Below, in pieces: positions 1-8,341 of a DNA stretch of 25,999 nucleotides. This DNA comes from a virus. Lineage: Duplodnaviria; Caudoviricetes. How positions within the stretch are numbered: position 1 is the first letter of the stretch; each line of letters opens with the position of its first letter. Made by a program: the position numbers and the translations under genes. The DNA is taken from the IMG/VR virus record IMGVR_UViG_3300029775_000298. One strand, 5' to 3'. The notes beneath the pieces are model-generated. The model made no database searches. It was not told where the DNA came from and was given only the letters and a program-made list of their open reading frames with translations.

Positions 1-67
1 ATGAAGGATACAAGATCGACTGACTGGAAGTTGGCTTGCTATAACAAGAATTTTAGGAGGTAATCTT

Positions 68-658
68 ATGAAAAAGAAATTAATTATATTTTTATCATTG
101 GTACTTATGTTCACCTTAGCCGCTTGCGGTGAAAAAAACGGCGGTAAATCAACGTCCGAAAGCCCCCCACCCGCCGAATCAGGCAATGCTCCCTCCAGCG
201 AGGCGGGAGCGGATGAAAACAGGTATTACGGTATCGGAGAAGCAGCTGAGGCAAACGGGCTTTCCATCATTATTGACGGGGCGGAGCCTTTCGATTATAC
301 AGGTATGCTTTCAAGGCCGAAGGACGGATTTGAATATGTGAAGGTCTGGTTTACCTTCACAAATGTCTCCGGCGAACCGATAGATTCCCCGAACAAGAAG
401 GATATCTATATCATCTACGAGGAAGGGCCCACCGGGGACGACAGCGACATGACATCGGAGGAAAATTCACAGGTGATGTCGGATGTGGCTGACAGGAACG
501 AGCGGTATATGGAGGACATAGAGCTTGCGCCCGGCGAATCCACCGGCGGCTGGATGGTCTATCAGCGACAGACCGACAAAAGCGAGGTCACCATGCACTA
601 TTACTCCGGCTTTGTCAACGTCGCGCCGGATTTGAGATTCAGCTTTGCGGTTGAGTAA
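68..658 (+). CDS. Lipoprotein, DUF4352-like Ig-fold domain
   Basis: RBS AGGAGG at ~55; signal peptide with lipobox LAAC; Pro/Ser linker; VKVWFTFTN...ELAPGESTGGWMVY resembles DUF4352 lipoproteins. Confidence 0.75.
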   Translation: MKKKLIIFLSLVLMFTLAACGEKNGGKSTSESPPPAESGNAPSSEAGADENRYYGIGEAAEANGLSIIIDGAEPFDYTGMLSRPKDGFEYVKVWFTFTNVSGEPIDSPNKKDIYIIYEEGPTGDDSDMTSEENSQVMSDVADRNERYMEDIELAPGESTGGWMVYQRQTDKSEVTMHYYSGFVNVAPDLRFSFAVE

Positions 659-682
659 GCCGACAGAAAGGAGCTTTGCGCA

Positions 683-2821
683 ATGAAACGAAAAATATTA
701 TCTATTCTGCTTGTAGCCGTCATGCTGCTGTCCGCTATAGCAGGTCTTGCAGGATGTGGAGAAAGTGGTTTTGCCTCAACCCAAATTGCTTCGGACAAAG
801 GAGCAGAAATCGGGAATCTGAAAAAGGGCGGCTGGATAGTATCGGTTCCTGCTGGAGCTTTTGACGGGGATGTAAGTGTCATCGTGGCGAAAGCCTCCGA
901 GAGAGAAGACGTCTTGCTCACTACGCCCATCGATATCAGCGTTGAGGGCATGGAGCAGGTGCGCCTGAACCAGCCGGTGAAAATCACCATGAAGCTTGAT
1001 AAGAAAAACATCCCCGATGCCGAGAGCTTTGACCGAACGGTCATGGCATATTGGAACGGCAGCGAATGGGAGCCGATTATCCCCGACCCTGTTCGCCTGT
1101 CCGAGGGATATTTGGAATTTGAAACATGGCATTTTTCATCATACAGTGGCAAGTTGATGAACAGAGAAGAACAAATCAAGCTTTACGCTCACAAAATGGC
1201 GGTGGATTCTGTCAGCAACGAAGTGAAAGATCCAACTTATATCGAAAAGATAAAAGCAGTGTGCAATGATTATTTTGATGGAGTTGGGCTTTATGCCGGT
1301 GAAACACGAGAAATTATTATTGACCGTGCTTTGGAGATGAACATTATTCCGACAACGCAAGAGCTTGGTGCAAAAGGTGATATAGAGGCATTAACCTATG
1401 AATGTGGAAAGATTCTTGCCGAAGCCACAATTGATATTGTTCAAGAAAATCCTTTGGTTAAAGAGAGCCTAATGGAGGGCTTAGGCAAATTGGGCTCACT
1501 CACCGAAGGCGCAGAGGCTCTTTATAACGGGGATTATAAAACAGCTGTGGTGGAGTTCACCGATTTAGGCGTTACCCTGTTTGGCGGTGCTGCTGGCGGC
1601 GCAGTGACTGCGATTAAATCCATAGGGGATTTAAGCAAGGCAGCGGTAGAGCAAGGTATTATGGCGTGGAAAGATTATGAGATGGAATGTGCTTACAAGT
1701 CGTATGCAGGGCTTGCAAAGGAAGGCGCTTACGGCTATACGCTTAACTCCGGTGACTGGGAAACACTGAAAATCCAGATGCGCGGATATTACAACCGCCT
1801 TTTAAGCGAAAAGAAGGAAGCCTGGCGTAGACTTCACGGAAAAGACAGCCTGACCAATGCTGAAATCAAAATGCTAGAAGACTATGTGGAAGCCGATCTA
1901 AAGGAACAATTCGATAAAAGGCTGGCAAATGAGAAGCTGGTTGAAGCCAAGGCTACGGAATATGAGAAGATCATTGGGAGCTTTAAGGATGCCAACCTGC
2001 TCAACCGCCTTGAAAACGGATATAAATATGACATGACTATTGAGCAGAGGTTGAAGTCGCTATTTACCATTCGACAAGTCATTTTGAAAATGGTAGGCGG
2101 GGATATATCCGTTTTCGGAAGTGAAAAAAACCGTGAAGATAATTTGAGTATGGCAATAGCCATGTGGCTGGGCTACGGTAAGGACAGAACCAAATTTTAT
2201 GACTGGATGCGGGAGCAGGGTTATCTGAAAAAGGCGGGAGCGGTGACTGAGGGGTATTGGCTGCTTGTCAGAAGCTTTGATAACAAGTATGAAACAAGCG
2301 CAGCTGACGATTCCTATTCAGAATCATGGAGTGGTGGCAGCGGAAGCTACACATATCGATGCAAAACAACATTTGATTACAGTTACTCCGGTAGCACCCA
2401 CGATAATTGCAAGGGCGAATTTGTTGAGAATATAGGAACCGCAAGCAGCCCAAATGGACGGTATTCGGGAGGAGAGCCGGTTACCTTGGATTTGAGTATC
2501 AAGGCAAACACATCAAGAAACATTTGCTTCCATCTTGGGGCGTCTTTGGGGGCCGCTATTACGCCTATCAACCATGACGATCCCTTTGTCTCATACGGTA
2601 CGGACACATCTCTTTATGATATTACTGAAAAGCACACAAAATCATATATCTGGACCGAAAAAAACGATACCAACACCGGCTACACGGGTATGCGAGTCAC
2701 GGTTGGCGGCACGATGCCCGCAGGGTCAGCCGATGGCGATAAGGTATATATTGTGGTCGGGTTTACCGGTGGTAATCAAATAATTGCAACAGCTTATGAG
2801 TATGAATGGCATACCAAATAA
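683..2821 (+). CDS. Large lipoprotein with N-terminal ZU5-like domain ending in HFS, helical middle and beta-rich C-terminus
   Basis: RBS AAGGAG; lipobox LAGC; VSVPAGAF...LNQPVKITM...YWNGSEWE...ETWHFSSY pattern typical of bacterial ZU5-like domains. Confidence 0.65.
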   Translation: MKRKILSILLVAVMLLSAIAGLAGCGESGFASTQIASDKGAEIGNLKKGGWIVSVPAGAFDGDVSVIVAKASEREDVLLTTPIDISVEGMEQVRLNQPVKITMKLDKKNIPDAESFDRTVMAYWNGSEWEPIIPDPVRLSEGYLEFETWHFSSYSGKLMNREEQIKLYAHKMAVDSVSNEVKDPTYIEKIKAVCNDYFDGVGLYAGETREIIIDRALEMNIIPTTQELGAKGDIEALTYECGKILAEATIDIVQENPLVKESLMEGLGKLGSLTEGAEALYNGDYKTAVVEFTDLGVTLFGGAAGGAVTAIKSIGDLSKAAVEQGIMAWKDYEMECAYKSYAGLAKEGAYGYTLNSGDWETLKIQMRGYYNRLLSEKKEAWRRLHGKDSLTNAEIKMLEDYVEADLKEQFDKRLANEKLVEAKATEYEKIIGSFKDANLLNRLENGYKYDMTIEQRLKSLFTIRQVILKMVGGDISVFGSEKNREDNLSMAIAMWLGYGKDRTKFYDWMREQGYLKKAGAVTEGYWLLVRSFDNKYETSAADDSYSESWSGGSGSYTYRCKTTFDYSYSGSTHDNCKGEFVENIGTASSPNGRYSGGEPVTLDLSIKANTSRNICFHLGASLGAAITPINHDDPFVSYGTDTSLYDITEKHTKSYIWTEKNDTNTGYTGMRVTVGGTMPAGSADGDKVYIVVGFTGGNQIIATAYEYEWHTK

Positions 2822-3200
2822 TAGCCCGCGAAAACGAATACTTCTGCGGATTTCATCCGTACTGATGTTACTTACCGCCCTGCCCATGCTGCTGTGGTGC
2901 CTGGGTCTTATTGACAATGCGGCACTGGACTACACCTACGCCGGAGCGGGTTGCTTCGCGGCTGGAATAGCGTACATCTTTTCTATGGTGACGGCCATCG
3001 CGGGCCTGGCCTTTGCAGAGCGGCTCCACCGACATCGCTGGTGCCGGACGCTTGGCTATATCCAACTGGCGGCGGGAGTGTTGCTGGTATATTCGCTTCG
3101 CTCCTATGCCACGATCACGTTACCGCCGCTTTTCCTATCGACCGTCCTGTATTTGGTCGGCGTGGGCTGGCGCGAAAAGCGGGATTGCGAACAACAATGA
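2802..3200 (+). CDS. Small multi-pass membrane protein
   Basis: About 4 hydrophobic segments; overlaps the upstream stop; start uncertain (2796 or 2802). Confidence 0.65.
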   Translation: MNGIPNNSPRKRILLRISSVLMLLTALPMLLWCLGLIDNAALDYTYAGAGCFAAGIAYIFSMVTAIAGLAFAERLHRHRWCRTLGYIQLAAGVLLVYSLRSYATITLPPLFLSTVLYLVGVGWREKRDCEQQ

Positions 3201-3213
3201 AAGGAGCGTTGAG

Positions 3214-4554
3214 ATGTCAAAGAAGAAAAAGAGCAAAAACATCCCCCTGCCCATCCTCATCCTGATTTACGCCGTGCTGCTGTTTGCCATGTATTTGAGC
3301 CTATCTACGCTGGCTCTGGCGATATGGGGCGACAGCGTAATGGGTACGGTGGACAGCTATGACAGCCGTCGGGACGATACGACCGCACAGGAAAATCGCT
3401 CCCGGACCATTTCCAAGGGCTATTGGTTTGTGGTAAGTGGCAAGGAGTATCGGGGCTATGTGATGTACCAAAGCGACGAGGCGTGGCCAAGCCTTACCGA
3501 GGGCGAAACGCGCTCCGAGCGCATCCGCTACCTTGGCCTTTTCCCATACGTCAACAAGCCCTCCGCGTTGTGCGAATTTGACGAGATGGGAGAGGTGGCA
3601 ATTATTTACCATATTCTCGCGCCCATCGGTTATCTGCTTTTGCTGCTACTTGTCATCCGCACAGCCAGACGCGGGAAAAAGAAGAAAACAGCGGCGAGGA
3701 AACCCGCCGGAAAATCCGCGACGAGCCGGGAATCTCAAATAATCGAAGCAAGGAGTGATATTGATATGTTTTGTCCTAACTGTGGAAACAAGTTGCCGGA
3801 GGGCGCGGCTTTCTGTCCGAGCTGCGGCGCAAAAACACAAACAAACGCCCCCGGCGTGTGTAAGGCCTGCGACGCAGAGTTGCCGGAGGGAGCTGAATTT
3901 TGCATTGGGTGCGGCAAGGCGGTGAATTTGAGAACGCCGGAGCCGATGGAGGTAAGCCAAGCGGCATCTTCCGCTCCCTCACAGGGCGACGCGGGACTGG
4001 TCGGCTTTTCCGACAGGTGTAATTCGCCGGAGATACTGGCCGCCGCGCAGAAAAACAAAAAATCATCCATCGGCTGTATGTGGATATTGGTTTTCGTACC
4101 GCTCATCGGCTTTCCCATCGCTGGTCTGCTGATGGATGATTTCCCTTTTGGAGAATCGGCGGTCATAGGTGTCGGTATTGCCCTTGTGATGCTGATCATC
4201 AATGTATTTGCTCTACGAAGAGCCAAACTGCCCATGTGGGAGGGCATCGTCACCAACAAATTCAGCAAAGAGAAGTACGAGCATAAAGACGATGCGTCAA
4301 AAACTTATACGGAATACACGGTGGCAATCACTACCGATGCAGGTAAAAAAAAGACTATTGTTGAAAAAGACAGCAGGCGGGATATGTATGACTATCTGGA
4401 TGTAGGCGACAAGGTGCGTTTTCATCCGAAGTTTGGTACATACGAGAAATACGATAAATCGAAAGACCGCATCATCTACTGCAACGTGTGTTCCATGATG
4501 AATCCCATACAGAATAATCGCTGCAAGCGGTGTAATAATCTGCTGTTCAAATAA
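3214..4554 (+). CDS. Membrane protein with double zinc ribbon (DZR) and C-terminal zinc ribbon; possible internal start at 3766
   Basis: RBS AAGGAG before ATG 3214 (preferred over 3013); TM segments; CPNC..CPSC..CKAC..CIGC and C-terminal CNVC..CKRC. Confidence 0.75.
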   Translation: MSKKKKSKNIPLPILILIYAVLLFAMYLSLSTLALAIWGDSVMGTVDSYDSRRDDTTAQENRSRTISKGYWFVVSGKEYRGYVMYQSDEAWPSLTEGETRSERIRYLGLFPYVNKPSALCEFDEMGEVAIIYHILAPIGYLLLLLLVIRTARRGKKKKTAARKPAGKSATSRESQIIEARSDIDMFCPNCGNKLPEGAAFCPSCGAKTQTNAPGVCKACDAELPEGAEFCIGCGKAVNLRTPEPMEVSQAASSAPSQGDAGLVGFSDRCNSPEILAAAQKNKKSSIGCMWILVFVPLIGFPIAGLLMDDFPFGESAVIGVGIALVMLIINVFALRRAKLPMWEGIVTNKFSKEKYEHKDDASKTYTEYTVAITTDAGKKKTIVEKDSRRDMYDYLDVGDKVRFHPKFGTYEKYDKSKDRIIYCNVCSMMNPIQNNRCKRCNNLLFK

Positions 4555-4570
4555 AGAAGGAGGATCTGTA

Positions 4571-4933
4571 ATGGAACAATTCAACACATTGCTGAAGGCG
4601 GCGGAATGCGCCGTAACACGCTGTAATAGCTGGAACTTTGCCACTTCTAATGATAGATACGACGTAAAAGGCTTGCTGGTGCTTGCCAAGACAAGCGACA
4701 GTGAAAATCCCATCGACGAGGACAGCTTTTATGTGGTATCGCCTGCCGGAGCCATCGGTTTATGCGAGGATGGAGAGGACATTGACTGGCTGTTTCTGAC
4801 AGGCTCCAGTACAGATGAGGATTTACCCGCCACGCTTCAGACTGCTTCACAAATCAAATTCTGCTCGAAATGTGGAAACGGGGTTATTCTGGGCGCTCGC
4901 TTTTGCGGAGCCTGCGGCGTGAAACTTAATTAG
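4571..4933 (+). CDS. Zinc-ribbon domain protein
   Basis: RBS AAGGAGG; C-terminal FCSKCG...FCGACG. Confidence 0.8.
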   Translation: MEQFNTLLKAAECAVTRCNSWNFATSNDRYDVKGLLVLAKTSDSENPIDEDSFYVVSPAGAIGLCEDGEDIDWLFLTGSSTDEDLPATLQTASQIKFCSKCGNGVILGARFCGACGVKLN

Positions 4934-5010
4934 AAACACGGAAGAACCGTTATAGACCAGAATAACGAAATAAATACAGCCAAATGCAAACCCATCAAAA
5001 GGTGGGACAC

Positions 5011-5044
5011 AAAGCCTGCCCTCTCTCATGGGGGCGGGCTTTTG
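5011..5044 (+). terminator. Intrinsic terminator of the lipoprotein/zinc-ribbon operon
   Basis: aaagcctgccct / ggggcgggcttt GC-rich stem followed by T-rich tract. Confidence 0.7.
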
Positions 5045-5217
5045 CGGTTTTTAAGGGATGATTCAGGCGACATAATACCAGCTTTTGCAACTCTCTGTGA
5101 AAAAAGGGTACTCCTATAAGCATTGTTTTCTGTTTTTATTTCTTTGCGAGGTGGAAATAAAGACGGTGCAGTCCATATATACCGCCTTCTAACAATACAA
5201 TTTTATAGTGCTCTTAT

Positions 5218-5262
5218 AAAAAAGTCAGTATTTTGCCAGGAGTGAAATACTAACTTTTTTTT
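5218..5262. repeat. Inverted repeat (operator or bidirectional terminator)
   Basis: aaaaaagtcagtattt (5218-5233) / aaatactaactttttt (5245-5260), one mismatch. Confidence 0.5.
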
Positions 5263-5431
5263 CGCGAAGAAAACCTATGGAACGACCGTTTTCCAGAAAC
5301 AGGGAGAACCAGTGTCAAACAGTAAACCATCAGCTGCAGGAACCTTCACATTCGATTGAAACCCCAAAAAAAGATTGAAAAAATAAAAATATTTTTTGTA
5401 GACCCCCTCACGAAACCGGATTAGTAGTGAG

Positions 5432-5464
5432 GGGGTTATTTATACCCCAATTGTTCTTTGAAAA
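5432..5464 (+). promoter_or_regulatory. boxB-like hairpin plus boxA-like antitermination signal
   Basis: ggggt...acccc hairpin at 5432-5448, then TGTTCTTTGAAAA at 5452-5464, matching the Firmicute rrn boxA consensus. Confidence 0.5.
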
Positions 5465-5474
5465 CTTCATATCC

Positions 5475-5845
5475 GATAACCTAAATACTTTAGCTGACGG
5501 TGCTTTAAAAGGCAAAGCGACTTCCGAGGATGCGCCAAGACCACCTGTAGGATTTTAATGGGAAAATGAAACTACTATCTATCTTTTTTCTTTTCTGTTT
5601 TGTTAATTTCTTCCCATTTATAAACCTATCAAAGACGGCCAAATAAGGTGCTAAGCGGTACCCATCCGACGGTCAAACAGGCTGTAGCAGTCTGTTTCGC
5701 AATAATCCCGTCAGCCTATAATGATACTTCTGTCCAGTCACAGCCCCCCTTAAATGGGGGATCACGCAATGAGGGCAGTCGGCGGAGATCCCGGCGAGGG
5801 TGAAAGTCCCATGATGCGGTATAGCTAACCGCAGTTTAGGTTATT
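5475..5845 (+). ncRNA. Putative large structured non-coding RNA / leader (~370 nt)
   Basis: No ORF of 60 aa or more; nested helices 5475-5486/5834-5845, 5493-5500/5708-5715, ggatg/catcc, cacct/aggtg, aatgggaa/ttcccatt; local hairpins including GGG-TGAAAGT-CCC; G-U wobbles favour the + strand. Confidence 0.7.
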
Positions 5846-5910
5846 GCCATTAGTGCTTGGGAAGTAGTGTCGAATTAAGCACATAGAAAAAAACTTAATG
5901 TCAGAAGCCA

Positions 5911-5968
5911 TGCAAACCGCTCTGTATACGTAAACAGAGTAATCACAAGCAGAGCGGTTTGTATTTTT
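5911..5968 (+). terminator. Terminator-like hairpin immediately upstream of mazF
   Basis: tgcaaaccgctctgt / gcagagcggtttgta ~15-bp stem, large loop, then ttttt. Confidence 0.55.
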
Positions 5969-6001
5969 GTGCCATTAAGCAGATAAAAGGAGGTGAACAT
6001 T

Positions 6002-6379
6002 TTGCAGGAACAAAAAAGAATTATAAGACGTGGAGATGTTTTCTATGCTGATTTAAGTCCAGTTGTGGGCTGTGAGCAGGGTGGTATCCGACCCGTGCTT
6101 ATTATACAGAATGATATAGGAAACCGTTACAGCCCCACGGTCATTGTCGTAGCTATAACCAGCAAGCTTAAAAAGGAGCTGCCCACTCATGTGGAAATTG
6201 GGTGTATGGAGCCGTTACAGAAAAATTCGGTGGTACTGCTGGAGCAGATACGCACTATTGATCGCATCCGGCTTTTGGAATACATAGGAAGCCTAAGTGA
6301 GTTGCGGATGATTTCAATTGACCAGGCATTGTCTCTTAGTTTAGGGCTAACAACGGCTAAAGTTATACGGGCAAAATAA
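6002..6379 (+). CDS. mazF: MazF/PemK family endoribonuclease toxin (NdoA-like)
   Basis: [33 protein letters not shown]...AITS...LLEQIRTID signature; RBS AAGGAGGTG supports a TTG start at 6002. Confidence 0.92.
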   Translation: MQEQKRIIRRGDVFYADLSPVVGCEQGGIRPVLIIQNDIGNRYSPTVIVVAITSKLKKELPTHVEIGCMEPLQKNSVVLLEQIRTIDRIRLLEYIGSLSELRMISIDQALSLSLGLTTAKVIRAK

Positions 6380-6428
6380 TGCGATTATGAAAAGGAAAAA
6401 TCACATTAGATACAGGGAGGATATATTT

Positions 6429-6590
6429 ATGTCAAAGGAACAAACAGCTAATGAAGTAAAATATAAAATCACATTGAAGTACTTGGGAATTCTGCTTCGT
6501 AACGGCCTAATAACCAATGAAGAATATGAAGAAATCGATGCTTTGAACCGCCAGACCTTTCTTCCCCAACTTGCAAAAGTATATGTGTAA
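6429..6590 (+). CDS. Small SHOCT-like protein associated with serine recombinase modules
   Basis: RBS GGGAGG; LLRNGLITNEEYEEI SHOCT-like motif; directly upstream of the recombinases. Confidence 0.7.
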   Translation: MSKEQTANEVKYKITLKYLGILLRNGLITNEEYEEIDALNRQTFLPQLAKVYV

Positions 6591-6670
6591 TAACAGTAGC
6601 TATTCTAAAACTTGTGTGGTAATGTGTGTTGCTAACAGAGGAAAAATCTGTTAGAAAGGAGGAAACGATC

Positions 6671-8341
6671 ATGGCGGGCAAGCAGAAAAAAGTAAAAAAG
6701 ATAACAAAAATAAACCCTGTAAAACCTCAGGTAATGATGCAGCTTCAGCCTACAAAACGCGTCTGCGCCTACTGCCGTGTCAGTACGGATTCCAGAGAAC
6801 AACAGAATTCATTTATTGCACAGACAGCCTATTACGAAGAACTGATTAGCAAAAGAAGTGATTGGCAGTATGTCGGAGTTTATGCGGATGAAGCACGAAG
6901 TGGAACGAAGCTGCAAAAAAGAGATGACTTTTTGCGCATGATAAAAGATTGTGAAGCAGGAAAAATAGATATGATCATCACAAAATCGGTAACCCGCTTT
7001 GCAAGAAATACCGTTGACAGTATAAAGGCAATCCGTAAGCTAAAACTGCTTGGCATTGCAGTGTTTTTCGAGAAAGAAAATATCAACACCTTATTCGAAA
7101 GCAGTGAGATGCTCTTGACCATCTTAAGCTCTCTGGCACAAGGAGAGGCAGAAAGCATTTCAACCAACAATAAATGGGCAGCAATTAAACGGTTTCAAGA
7201 CGGCAGCTTTAAAATAGGAACACCCGCCCTCGGATATATTAAAGATGGAGGGGGTGAGCTGGTTATTGATGAACAGGAGGCAGAAACCGTCCGCTATATT
7301 TTCAAACAGTATTTAAACGGCAAAGGCTCCTATGTTATTGCAAGGGAATTGACTGAGAAAGGAACACAAACCATTCGAGGCGCTGAAAAATGGTCAGATG
7401 GAGTGATAAAGGAAATTCTTCTTAACCCAATCTATACAGGAAACTTAATATTGCAAAAGACATTTACTACTGAGGTAATCCCCTTCAAGCGAAAAAGAAA
7501 TAAGGGTGAGCTACCTCAGTATTTTATTTCTGAGAATCATGAACCCATCATCAGTGCGGAGGAAGCGGAAGCGGTTAAGGAAATTTATGAATACCGTCGT
7601 AAGCAGATGAAAACTGATACTACAAAATCGCTGAACAGATATGCTTACAGCAGTAAGATTATATGCGGGGAATGCGGAAAGGTGTTTAGAAGGCAGAAAA
7701 TTTATATCGGGAAGACTTATGAGAAAGTGCAATGGTCTTGTATCCAGCATATCGAGGATAAAGAAAAATGCAGTATGGTAGCAATTAGGGAGGATATTAT
7801 ACAAGAAGCATTTACCCTGATGTGGAATAAGCTCTCCGGCAATTACCTGGAAATCCTTTCTCCCATGCTGGAATCCTTACGAAAGTTGCGTGCAGATGAA
7901 CAGCAGGAAAAGGACATCAGAGAGTGTAATGAAAAAATAATGGAACTGTCGAAGCAGAGTCATATCTTAAGCGGTGTAGCTGCAAAGGGATATCTTGACT
8001 CTGCTATTTTTATAGAGAAACAGACTGCCCTGCAAATAGAGTTGGATGCCATGCGAAAAAAGAGGAAAGCCCTGCTTGATGACAGTGGGTTTGAAACAGA
8101 GATTTTTTATACTGAACAGCTTATAGGACTGTTGGAAAACAATCCGGGGATACAGGATACATACCGTGAGGATTTGTTTTTAGAAACAGTGGATCAGATT
8201 ATTATAAAGGAAGGAAAGACTGTAACCTTCCGACTAAAGAATATGCTGGAATTTTCAGAAGCCTGTGGAAAGGAGGATAACAAAGATGCAAAGACATACA
8301 CCGATAGGGTTCCGGATGCGAAACGGAAAGATATATGTTGA
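6671..8341 (+). CDS. Large serine recombinase 1 (resolvase + recombinase + zinc ribbon)
   Basis: AYCRVST catalytic motif, KSVTRFARN, CGECG...C...C zinc ribbon, coiled coil; RBS AAGGAGG before ATG 6671. Confidence 0.93.
   Translation: MAGKQKKVKKITKINPVKPQVMMQLQPTKRVCAYCRVSTDSREQQNSFIAQTAYYEELISKRSDWQYVGVYADEARSGTKLQKRDDFLRMIKDCEAGKIDMIITKSVTRFARNTVDSIKAIRKLKLLGIAVFFEKENINTLFESSEMLLTILSSLAQGEAESISTNNKWAAIKRFQDGSFKIGTPALGYIKDGGGELVIDEQEAETVRYIFKQYLNGKGSYVIARELTEKGTQTIRGAEKWSDGVIKEILLNPIYTGNLILQKTFTTEVIPFKRKRNKGELPQYFISENHEPIISAEEAEAVKEIYEYRRKQMKTDTTKSLNRYAYSSKIICGECGKVFRRQKIYIGKTYEKVQWSCIQHIEDKEKCSMVAIREDIIQEAFTLMWNKLSGNYLEILSPMLESLRKLRADEQQEKDIRECNEKIMELSKQSHILSGVAAKGYLDSAIFIEKQTALQIELDAMRKKRKALLDDSGFETEIFYTEQLIGLLENNPGIQDTYREDLFLETVDQIIIKEGKTVTFRLKNMLEFSEACGKEDNKDAKTYTDRVPDAKRKDIC

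Noticed and set aside
1-23. Possible 3' end of an upstream gene (..EGYKID*)
   Set aside because: Too short to assign
3013-3213. Upstream extension of the 513-aa ORF (similarly for ORFs at 6626, 13726, 20701, 21348, 22227)
   Set aside because: Overlap other genes or structured leaders; better RBS-supported starts lie downstream
3791-3897. Direct repeat agttgccggaggg
   Set aside because: Explained by the duplicated zinc-ribbon unit (LPEGA) within the protein
5050-5190. Minus-strand RBS+ATG (MDCTVF...) possibly a decayed XRE repressor
   Set aside because: Stops after 20 codons; resemblance (SQRVAKAGIMS) needs a frameshift and is too weak
5277-5400. Short ORF or remnant resembling a sigma-r4 C-terminus (SIETPKK)
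   Set aside because: Only 33 codons, no clear RBS, similarity not supportable
5475-5845. Group II intron, RNase P, tmRNA or rRNA identity for the structured RNA
   Set aside because: No GTGCG 5' end, domain V or RT ORF recognised; no RNase P, tmRNA or rRNA signatures; only one shared hairpin motif
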